Shown here: piece by piece, positions 1-12,000 of the stretch
How the letters are laid out: every line of letters begins with the position of its first letter
Position numbering within the stretch: the stretch's first letter is position 1
IMG/VR virus record: IMGVR_UViG_3300010885_026047
Coordinates: 1 to 64,000 of that record
Direction: 5' to 3' (one strand)
Origin: a virus
DNA: 64,000 bases
Notes under the pieces: generated by a model
Databases searched by the model: none
What the model was told of the DNA's origin: nothing
The model's input: only the letters and a program-made list of their open reading frames with translations
Position numbers and translations under genes: made by a program

Positions 1-1
1 A

Positions 2-64
2 AACTCCTACTATAAAGGCCTGAGTACATATACAACTCGTAACGGAACTAAACTACAACAGTAA
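2..64 (+). CDS. 3' end of upstream ORF (partial, probably a virion protein)
   Basis: Open frame 2-64 ends in TAA directly before the ATG at 65. Confidence 0.6.
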   Translation, partial: NSYYKGLSTYTTRNGTKLQQ

Positions 65-3000
65 ATGGCTGACTTTACACTACACGATCTTGACCTACCT
101 ATAGTTTCACAGACAGCACAAAATGGTTATGCTCCTGATGCAAGTAACGTATCTGCGCCTGTAGACAGATATAGCCCACCTGCTTATACTGAACCTGGAG
201 AAGCTAAAGACGATGATCTCTTTGCTGATATAAGAAAAGCTGGAAACACTCAAAACAAGTACCAGCAGCAGTTTTTTGACTATGATGCTACAAAGGCACA
301 ACAGTTTATAAACACACCACAGTACAAAGAGTTAGGCTTTGATCCAAACCTTGGATACCAGGTAGAAGATCAACGTTATCACGAACTGGAAAGTAACTGG
401 GAAACTACCAAGAGAGTAGGTGAAGGTTTTGCAGTTGGTCTTGGTGAAGGTTTTGCAGGTATGGTTACTAACCTTAAAAATGTAGGAGAGTGGTTTAAAG
501 ACCCTTCTCTACAGGGTTCGTTTAAACAAAAACAACTAGAAGAGATAAACAAACAACAACAAGACTTTCAAAACAGGTTCTATATACCACAAGGTTACAA
601 CCCTACTGTTTTAAACTCAGTAGCAAGAGGGGTACAAGGTTCCGGTAACTTTATAGGAGCTTTAGCTGAAGTTGCAGCTTTCTCCTATCTGACTGGAGGT
701 TTAGCTGGTGCTGTAGGTGGAGTTGCTGGTCTTGGAGAAGCAGTAGGTGCTGCTGGAGATCTTAGTGAACTGAGTGCTGGTTTAAGTGCTCCTGAGATAA
801 TGGCTAACACTGAGAACTTAACAAGTGCTATAAACAACGCAGCTAACCCTACTATGTGGGAACAGGTTGGACAGTTTGCAACTAAAGCAGGTCAGAAACT
901 TCCTTTACCTGGAGCACAAACTGCAGGGTATATAGTAGGTGATGTTTTACAAGGATCTGAAGGTGGGGCGATAGCAACTGTATCCAGAGGTTTTGCAGCT
1001 TTTGCAAACGATATAAACTCTGTAAACACTGCTACAGGTTTTGCAAGTAGTAACGCTGCAAACACCTATCAGCAGTTAGTGAACGATCAGGTAGAAAAGT
1101 ACAAAAAGTATCATAATGGTATAGAACCAGATACAGACACACTTAAAAGTTTTCAGGACAAAGCTTTAAAGTCTGCTAAAGTAGGTGGTGCTATAGATGC
1201 TTACTTTATGTTAGGTCTGGAAAAACTGGCTTTGGGGAACCTTTTAAACTCCCGGTCAACTCTTCAGGAAGCTATAGAGAAAAGTGGTAAAGGTTTCTAT
1301 GACAAGATAGGTATAAAACCAAGTTGGGCTGAAGGTGCTGCTGAAGAGCCTTTGTATATCAGACAACAAGCTAAGTGGTACGACTTTAAAGCAAACTTAA
1401 CTAACAACTACTACGAAGGTCTACGACATATAGGAGCTACAGGTGTGGAGTTTGGAGTAGTGAACAACCTGATGGAAGGTGTTGACAAGGGTATCAGAAG
1501 TTATTTTGATGCTAAGTATGATAACAAAGATATAGATTTTACTGATGCTCTCTTAGACGGTATAGGTCAACAGTTCAGTAAAGAAGGTGCTGGTACTTTT
1601 ATCTCTGGGTTCTTACAAGGAGCTTTGTTACTTGGTATAGGTGGTGCAGCTTTGGGTAAAGTTAAAAACTGGGGTTTAGATAAGGCTGCTGGTAGAACAG
1701 AAGCAGATATAAAGACAAGTGATATAGATGCACAGAACTATGTACAACAGGTAAACGATGCCTGGAAAGATCCACTGAACCCTATCAAAGGTACTATCCA
1801 TGACATGATCCTGCAGAGTGCTTTAGGAGAAGGTTCTAAAACTGCTCTGGGACAAGATGATCGTAAGACCTTCCACGACTTTGCTGATGACAACCAGAGA
1901 AGTTTCCTGATGAAGCTTATCAAAAACGGTATGGCTGATGCATGGGTAGACAGAGCTGTAGAGAAAGCAAGAAGTTTAAGTCAGGATGAACTCTGTCAGT
2001 TTATGACTGTACCAAGTACTCCAGAGAACTTTGAGGCTATAAAAGCACAGATAAACGAACTACCTGCAAGAGTTAAGGACCTGAGAAACATCCGTAAGTA
2101 TATAGACACAAAACTACAGAACCCTTTCAACCCTTGGGCTAAAGACCCTGAAACCGGTAAGAGAAAGTTTGCTGATGGTTCTGTAGAGTTTACAACAGAG
2201 TACAACAACAGGGCTATATACGAGATAGCTAAAGACTATGTAGCTACTATGAAGGATGTAGCTCAAATGGCTATAGTACGTCAGGGAGCTTTGTTAAACG
2301 GTAAAACTGGTACAACAGGTATACTTGATATGCCTTTTGCTAAGAACTTAGGTTTTGCTGATGTGTTTACACTTACTTCTACAGAGTTACTGGATAAGCA
2401 GATAGCTGGTTATCAGGAGTCTGTAGCTATAAGTAAAGATAAAGAGACACAAGAAAGGTTAGAAAAGACTATAGCTTACAAAGAGAAACTTACAGAGTAC
2501 CTGAAAGGTTATGCGGATATACTTAACGAAGGTAGTTCTAAAGACAGGGCACAAAGGATAAAAGCACTGGACGATAAACATAAGGGAGAGTTAGCAGAAG
2601 CCATGTACTACTACCTGGAAACTATGCTGATAAACAGGAACCTGAAAGGAAAGGTTACTGACAGAGTTACACCTCCGGGTATGCAGGAAGTTATAGATGG
2701 TATGGATAAGATGTTAGACTACTACAAGTTAGGAGTAGATCATCATGCTATGTTGCACCAGGTAAACATACTTCTTGATCCTCATATCGTTAGAAAGTTT
2801 GAGAAGTCTTTTATGACTGAAGGTGCTAAGAGACAAGCAGAAGCTAAAGCAGAACAGGAAGCACATACTAAAGATGTAAAACCTGAAGAACCTATAGTTA
2901 CTCCTGAACCAGAAACCAAACCAGGACCAGAGTCAACAAAAGAACCGGAAGTCCCACCAACACCTGAACCACAACCAACTCCTACCCCTAAACCAGAGCC

Positions 3001-6000
3001 TGTTATACCAGAAGTACCACAACCTGTAACTACTTCTCCAGCTATAGAACGGTACAAACAACAAGAGAGAGACTTAAAGACTCTTATAGACAACTTGGAA
3101 GATGGTGTACCTGTTCCAAACGTTGATGCTTTTGATGCTATGATAAAGTCAGGAGATGCTCAAAGGTTGATGGCTGCAGATAAGTTAGCTATACAGCACA
3201 AAGTACCTCTTCAGGAACGTAAAAAGGAGTTACTGGATATAGTACAGGAGTTCTATGACCGAAAGTTACCCGAAGACAAACACGAAGTAAAGAACATAGA
3301 AGGTGATCCAAAGATAGTTGCAGACGGTAACAAGTTTGCTATCTGGAAAAACGGTGACTTTGTAGACAGTACAAGATACGGTTCTGTACGGGAAGCTAAC
3401 AGAGAGTTTGATAAGTACATAGCTGCAAACCATCCACTTATACCAGGTACAGATATCCGTGTTGGTGAGAAAGTCTACAACGAAAACAGTAACGAAGTAA
3501 AACTGGTACAGAGAGACGATAAACTTTATGTACGTCCATGGAACGAAAAGACCAAAAACAAAGACATAGAGATAATTCCTGAAGAGCTATCAGAGTACAG
3601 TAAGGACAAACCAGCAGCCCAAGATAAACCAGTAGAGAGTAGGTTTGATGGTACACAACCAAAGGTGCAGTTCAAACAGTCTACAGCTACAAGTATAGAG
3701 TCGTTCAAACAACCCGGAGAGTTCTCTGCAGAAGGTAGGGTTATAGCCGATCAAAGGTTTGCAGACACAGTTAAAACTATACCACAACAACACCTATCTA
3801 CAGGTGAAGGTTTCTCTATACAAGTTGTACCTAACGATAAGTTTACCGAGAGTTATAGAAGTGCTTTATCCCCACAACTGGTGCAGAAAGCAGACAAGGG
3901 TTTCTGGATACTTCATTACAACGGACAACCTGTAGGAGTTATAGAGAACTCTGGTAAGAACTTGTACAAGACAAAAGATGGTAAAGAGCTAACTATAGAT
4001 CAGCTAACATTACAAGATATAGCTGCTATATATGATATACCAACTACAGGTGACTACACTACATCTCAAAAGGTTTACGACAAACTGCTGGAGAACCACT
4101 TGAACTCTTTAGCTCTTAGTGATCTGCTGAAAGGTAAAGACAGTGTAGAGCTTGACGGAAAGATATCTGTAGACACTAACTATAGCTATAACTGGATAGA
4201 CACTGGAGAAGTAGGGCCTAAGTTAGCCGAACTGGAAGGACTGCAAAGAAACGAGAGAGGTGAAGTGAAGATGTATGTCTGGAACAACTACAAGTCTCCT
4301 GAAGAAGCTGGTTGGGAGATACAGAACACCATGTCTCCTGAAGAAGCACAACAAGCCCTGAAAGTAAAACCTGCCGGTAACCCTAACTACTACTCTGCAG
4401 TTGTAAAACTGGAAAGTGGTGACTATATACCTGTACAACTTACACCGAGACAGATCAGTACTGAAGAACTATCTAACATCTGTACAGCTATATCAGGTAT
4501 AGACACTGACGAGAAACTCAAAGCAGCTAACGGACAACTGAACAAAGTCTTTGTAGCTCTACCAAAAACAGATGAGTTAAGTGGTCTCAAGATATACATA
4601 AACAGTGTAGGAGTTGGTGATGATAACCACTTGTTTGTAACTGTACACAGAAAACTTCCAGGTAAAGACGTACCAACAGAAGAACTTGGTACTGGAAACA
4701 TCTACGGAGCTAAAGGTGAACTACTAAAACTATCCCCTGACGAACTTATAGACAGACTGAACAAAGTACTGCAAAGTGACAAGATAAAAGCAGATATACC
4801 CACACTTACTGTAGATAACTTAAAGTTCCAACCTGACGAAAAGAACATCGCAGAGATGGAAGCAAGTGTCAGAAAGAACCCTATAAAGAGTGTACAAGCC
4901 AGTTATAAGGTTATAGACACAAAAGGAGAACAAAGAGTCTACGAGAACAAACCCCCTGTTCCAAGTGCTCCTGTAGGACCTAAAACACCTGTTACAGATA
5001 TAGAAGCTAAGAGAGGTGATATAGAGAGGAGAAGGCAAGAAGAACTCATCTCTGCTTTTGGCAGTTCGTTTAGTAGAAACGAAGAAGTGATAAGGTCAGG
5101 AAAAAAGGCTGTCATAAGTAGAAATCCTGAGTTAGTTGCACTTTCATCAGACCCTCTTGTAAGTGACAGGAGAGCCCAAGATGTTATAGATGTATATAAC
5201 ACTATAAACCAAAAGTACGACACAGAACTAAAAGCACTTGAACAACAACCAGAGATAAAACCTATCAGTTCACTTGAACAGTTAGCTGATGAGTTAGATC
5301 AGGAAGAGAAAGCTATAAACAGTAAGTACGGAGTTCCAAAGACTCTTGACAAGGGTTTTGCTGTAGAACATGTAGCAGATATAGATAAGTTTAACGAGTT
5401 TGTAAACGAGAACTTACCAGAGTTTCTTCAGGTCGGTGAGTTGTCCGGAGTTGTAGATAACTTGCTTAACAACCGTGTAACAGTTGGTCAGTTTGTAACT
5501 TATCTGGACGAACTTGGGAACGTACAAGGTCGGATAGAAACTGGTAAAGACTTGCCATATAAGTACCATGAGGCTTTTCACGGTATCTTCAGACTACTTC
5601 TTACACCAGAACAACAGAAGCGTCTATATCAGGAAGCCAACAAACAAAACCTTGTAAGTGCCAAACAGTTAGCTGAGTTCCAGAAGTCCCATCCACGGTA
5701 TGCTGATATGGGCAAAGAACAGCTCAAAGAGGAGTATCAGGAAGAGTGGATGGCTGACCAGTTCGATAACCTGTCAAACAAGAGAGAAACACAAGCTAAA
5801 GGTGGTGTAAAAGGTCTTCTGAACCGTATCTGGGACTGGATAAAGTACATGTGGGACAAGCTGACTGGTAATAGGTTAAGGGCTTTGTTCCATGAAGTAC
5901 ATACCGGAGACTACAAGAGTGCTAAACTTCAGGAGAACAGTTTTACAGATAAAGAGTCTGTAGGTGTATCTCTACCAGTACCAAAAGCTATAAAAGTCGG

Positions 6001-9000
6001 TACAGGTGAGACAGAGATAGAACTTAGTAACGGTGATAAAAAAGCAGTTAAGATAGACAGATATCTGCCAAACGATATAGCTACACAGCTATCTAACGAT
6101 ATAACAGCTAACGTTTTACTGGAGATGCAGTCACAGACTTATCCAAGTTTTGACAAAGCTATCAAAGCAGTTATACAGAGATACAGTGATACGTACAGTT
6201 TAAAACACCCTGCAAACATACAGACTTTTGAAGGTATAACTAACCAGGGAGAAAAACGTGAGTGGGCTAAACAACTAAAAGACTACAGTACTGCAGTAAA
6301 CAGTAAAGAGCTTAGAGAGAACGTAGAACAAGGTCTTCGTATACAAGGTATCAAACAGCAGTTACTTGACGAAGATGACACTGACGAAACTACTGGAGAA
6401 CAGTTTGGTAAAGCTAAGAGTTCTATAGGTGGATATGGAGCACAAGACAAAGAACTACGTACCTATATAGCAAGTACTACACGAAAGTTAACTGAACCAG
6501 ATAGTTTTGGACTTACACAACATGCTGATGGTTCACCTATAACCCAGTCAGTTAACAGTGACTATGTGTACAACGGTCTCTTAAAACTACTCTCACAGGA
6601 GTCTGATGTCAGCAAGAACGTACAGAAACTACTTGACTACAGAGATCAGGGAAATAACCCTGACACAGTAGCTGTTATAACCAGGTGGTTGAGAGAAACA
6701 GGTTTTAACGAAGGTCTGTTTAAGTCTACAGGTCAGTTGCAAGTAACTCCTGGTGGAGAGAACCTGTTCAACAAACTTGTCAAGAACTTGTCTGAAGTAA
6801 ACAACCAGTATACCACTGTTATCATGGACCCTATAGATAACAAAGTGAGTGTTGTTGACGCAGGTAGAAGAGGTCCGGAGAGTTACCAGTTTAACCAGGC
6901 AGCTAACGGCTTCTACCAGAACTTGTACAAACAGATAGAAACTTCTACCAACAAAGGAGATAACAAGAAAGCTATAAGTGAGGCTATAAGTCCGTTTAAA
7001 GAACTGATAAAGACTACTAAGAGTATATCAGCTAAACATACACTGATAGAAGATCAACCACTTGCAGAACTGTCTTTAAGACTGTCTAACGAACTATCTG
7101 ATAAGCCGGGTATCTACATACATCCAAACTACATCCAGTTCTCCATAGTATCAGCTAAAGAGCCAAAAGCACGAACAGAGAACCAGTCAGGACAACTTTT
7201 GGTCTACCCACAGGTTAAACCTATGGACATGACAGGTCTTGAACGTGATCTGTTACCAGTTATAGAAGCAGGTAAGAACCCTTTTATACGTCCTGAAGGT
7301 TTAGATAAACCAACTGCTGCTGAAGTGTGGTTACTGAACACGTTTAAGGGAAACGCTCCTTTTGACAGTACTGTAGATAGTATGTCTCACACTAACAGTA
7401 ACGGAGACAGTGTCTACAACTATCAGTATGGTTCGTATAACTCTACAGAGATACAGAAGTTAAACGACAGTGCTTATCTGAAACAGCTCAGAAACAACCC
7501 AGATAGAAATACCTGGTTACTAGATAACCCGGAGTTCACTTCTATGACCAAGCAGTTTGTCTCTATCGGAGGTCTTGACCTGAAAGAGATGTTTGTGGAC
7601 AAGAAAGAGGGAGAAGAACCAGAACTAAACGTACAAGGTAAAGACATAAACAAAACAGGTACAGACTTTGGTGACTTTGGACCAAGAGAAGATAACGCTT
7701 ACAAACTTAGTCTCTATGACGTTTCCAACAACTCTGCAGCTTATAACCAAGATAAGAACGGAGTTGTGTGGTACTCTATACCTGTCTCTCTGGGACCTTT
7801 AGCTGAAAAGGGTACACATCACATGGTCTATCTACCAGTTACAAGGTGTATAGAAAACGGTAAACTTACAGATAAAGTTAAAGATGTCTTGTACCAGGAA
7901 CTACAGACAGAGTGTGACCGGATACAGAGAGTTAAAGCAGAGATAGATAAGGGTAGAAAGCAGGTTATAGACGAAGGTGGAAAATGGATAACTGACTACC
8001 ATGACGGTAAAGAGAAAGGTTTAAAACTGTTGTCTCTTAACGGACTTATGTCTGAAGAACTAAGAACTAAGATAGAAGCAGAACCTGACAAACTGGAAGA
8101 ACACAAAACAGAGTTTCTAAACGGTGCTCAGAAAGAACTGTTTAAACAAGTTGAAGAGTACAAACAACAACTTACAGATCAGGAACTTATAGGTAAAGAC
8201 GGTAAGAACAAACTCTTACCAAAGTACTTGTTTAAAGGCCTTGACGAGAAAAAGAACAGTGCTCTGAACTTGAAAGCAGGACAGTTTGACCATAACTTGT
8301 CTCAGGTCTATATCAACAACTACATCAGCTACTTGGGTATATCCAGGCTCTTGTACGGAGATAAAGCAAAGGTTTCTAAAGATGTACAGGACTGGTGGAA
8401 ACGTATGGCTGGTAACAACGGGCAAGGTATGTCTATGAACCCTATAGTTAGTACTGTAGATAAACCTGCAGTCTCCAGTTATCAACTGATCACTTACCCG
8501 GTTACAGAGTTTACAACTATACATGGGACTAAAGGAGAGAGTGATGACGGTCAGGCCAATGTGACTCCTTATGGATACAAGACTTTGTTAGAAGGAACTG
8601 GTAGGTTAAGTGAACTTCACAACGATCTGATAGAGACAGTTATACGTGGAAAAGATCTTACACTAAAACAGTTCAAAGCAATGCATGAAAACGATGCAGT
8701 GATGAACTCTATCAAAGATATCTACAAAGACACAGATATATACCTGAAGAACTCTGTAGGTATGTTGAACAGACAGGATACTAGCTATAAGGTAAACGGA
8801 GAGTGGGTAGCTTTACCGGGTAGAGAGGTTCTACACGAAAGACTTAACAGTGCTGAAGAACAAGAGAAAGAGAAACAACAACCTGTCTTTATCGGTAACA
8901 CGTCTATCTCTAAAGCTGCTAAAGTCAACGTACCAACAACAGAAGAGATAGAACAAGGTGATGTAGCTAAGACTTATACCCAGATACAGGGAGAGTTTAT

Positions 9001-12000
9001 GAGGTGGCAGACACAGACCCCTATGACTGGTTCTACAGGTAACAAGTCTACACAGCCAGATAAACAGATACTCTCTAACCAGGACGCAAACAAGTCTGTG
9101 TACTTTGATGGTAAACATGTTAAAGCCGGAGAAGTTATCAAGACCTACATGGATAGTAACAGACAGAGGGTTCTTAACAACCTCTTAACTGCTATTTCTG
9201 AAGTCTTTGAACCTATAACTGATCTGAAAGACTTAGACAAGATAGAGTTTGACCAGGCTAAGTTCCAGGACAAAGTTTTACCGACTCTGATGGCTACCGG
9301 AGTAGATGCTCAAACACTTGAACTCTTTCAGGAACACTACGATATAAACCTTCCACCACTAGTAGAAAAGGCTACAAGTATGTGGTTATCAGGTATGATC
9401 AAAGGTGTAAGTAAAGAGAAAGTACCGATGTGGAAGATGACACTTCGTTCTGATGCAGGTATGTCTGTGATGAGAAGGGTTAAAACCTTGACTGAAGATG
9501 GTCAACCAAAGACTTGGGATATAGTTCCTATGGACGAGTTCAAGAAAAACCCAACTTCTTACAAGAAACTATCTGGTGACGACAAGTTCTACGGTTTAGC
9601 TGAAAGTGATCTGGTAGCAGACAGGTTAAGAGATAACGTTCCACAGTACGATGACAACGGTAAAGTCTTGTACTGGTATAGTGAAGCTATGAGACCGTTT
9701 ATGACTGTAGACGAGAAAAAGAACGGTAAGTTCTCAGATGCTCTTGGTTATGGTTTTGGGGCACGTACACCGGGTACAGGTTTTCAGAGCTATAAGAGAG
9801 TACACTGGGTAGACAGGTTATCTGATGTTCTGGGTAACACTATGGTACAGTCAAGGGATGTTATGACTGCTACAGGTGAGGACTTGGATATCGACTCCAA
9901 GTTTGTAGCTATACCTGAGACATACTTTGTGGATAACAGTGACCCTAAAGAACTACAGGAGTTTAAAACTATCGGTGATAAACGACAAGAGATTAAAGCT
10001 GCTATACGAAAGATATCTTCAGACTTTGAGAGAACTGAACACTATGATCCTGCTATCAGCAGACAGGTAAAAGAGCTACGTAAACAGATAGCGCACTTAA
10101 CAGAGAGATATGATGCCGGAGCTATAGAAAAGAGTCAGTACGAACACGATAAACACGATCTTGAGATAGATATCGCTTCCTTGGGTACACCTGAAGGTAA
10201 AGCGGCAAGACATGCTGTTATAAGACAACAGAACGAACTCAAACAGGAACTTAAAGAACTCGATAAGAGATACGATGAACTGAAGGACTCTTTAGATAGA
10301 AGTAAAAAAAGAGTACAGTATGGTGCAGCTATAAGTGATAAAGATAAGTTTGAAGAGTATCTTTTATATAAGTCTCAGAGCAACTCAGTTAAAGATAAAG
10401 TGAAAGAGTTAGAAGGGACTGAAGAAGGGTATATATCGCTTATACTTTCATCTGAACGAAGTATCCTTATATCTGCTCTAAAAGAACTCAAGTTACCTTC
10501 TACACTTGAAGAGTTTACAAAAGCAGGAGGTGATAAACTTAACAACGGAGTGCTTACAAACAGATCACTTCATGCCCAGTTAGCACTTCTGTCTGGAGAG
10601 CATGTGTCCGGTGGTGGGAAAGACGCACTGATAAACAGAGCTACAAGTACACAACCTGTAGAAGATATCATCAAAGACCTTACAGACAAGTTACTGGAAG
10701 GAGAAACAAGTAAGTGGGGCAGAGATATCGCTGACCAGTTACAAGGCAAGACCGGAGACTTGAACAGTATGTTGGGGCAGAACAAAGCTTACGAAACACT
10801 GAAACAAGGTGGTGAAGGTATAGGTGGAGTAGCTAACATGATACAAGCTACTGCAGTTCTAAACCAGTTCAACAAGAAACTGTCTGTACCGTTTACCTTC
10901 GGTGGTGTGCAGTATGATGAGTACAAAGGAGCTAAAGGTGAGCCGGAAGTTACCAGAGATAGGAACGCAGATATCATGGCACAGATACATGTAGATGCAC
11001 CAAAGAACTCTATACCTTCAAAGCTCAAACTTACCAGGGAGTACGCTATGGTACTTACACATATGTTGAAACTTGGTTTACCTCTTGACAGTGCTCTCTT
11101 GTATCCACTAACTGAAGTGTGGGACAGATATGCTAAAAAGGTTGCTTATGGACAGAAACCGTTCAAACTTGGTTATGGTGTAAACGCAGATAAGGAACTA
11201 AGTAAGATGCTCAGTAGTTTGTCTGACGAAGGAGCTAAGAGGGTAGAGCTTAACAACGAGAAGTTAACAGAGTATATCAAAAGTGGTAAGTCTGACAGAG
11301 ATATAGACTACACTCTTTTGGATGACCTGAGAACCATGAAACAGATCACAGAACCTCTTAGGTATATGAGCAGGTTTATGAGGATGGATACTGGTAGGTT
11401 ACTCTCTGACTGGACTGCTATAGATCACGTACAAGAAGGTCTGAAAGAACTTGGTATAGGACTTACTGACGAAGAGTTTCACAAGACACAGAAACCTTTG
11501 GATGTCAGAGATGTGATAGAAAAGAGACATGGCAACATGAGTGCTAACTACGAAGTCTTTAAAGTTATACAGGAACTTGGTAAGAAAGTGTTTATAGAGC
11601 GTTCTCCAGTCTTCAGAGATATACAGAAAGCTACTTTGGCTGAAGTTAAGTTACCGGAGAGTGATAAGATAGCAAGATCTCAACTGAACCATGATATCCG
11701 GTCTTATATATCCCTTACAGCTTACAAGACGTGGTTAGACCAGAAAGGCAGAACAGAGGTTACAGATACTATGAACCAGAACCTACTGTGGGATAACTCT
11801 GACAGTAGTAAGTCTATCATCAAGGTTTTAACTGACCTGAGAGAGCTTACTTCTACAGACAAGGTCAAGAACTACGCACTAAACAGTTTCTTAAACACTG
11901 TACTGAAAGCCAAGAGAACAGAGATAAACACAGTTATAGCTAACACCTGGACAAGGTTAAGTGACCAGCAACAAGCTAAAGTGGTTGGGTCTATAAACGA

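Noticed and set aside
2870-3040. Pro/Glu/Thr tandem repeat as a distinct element
   Set aside because: Ordinary flexible linker within the giant protein
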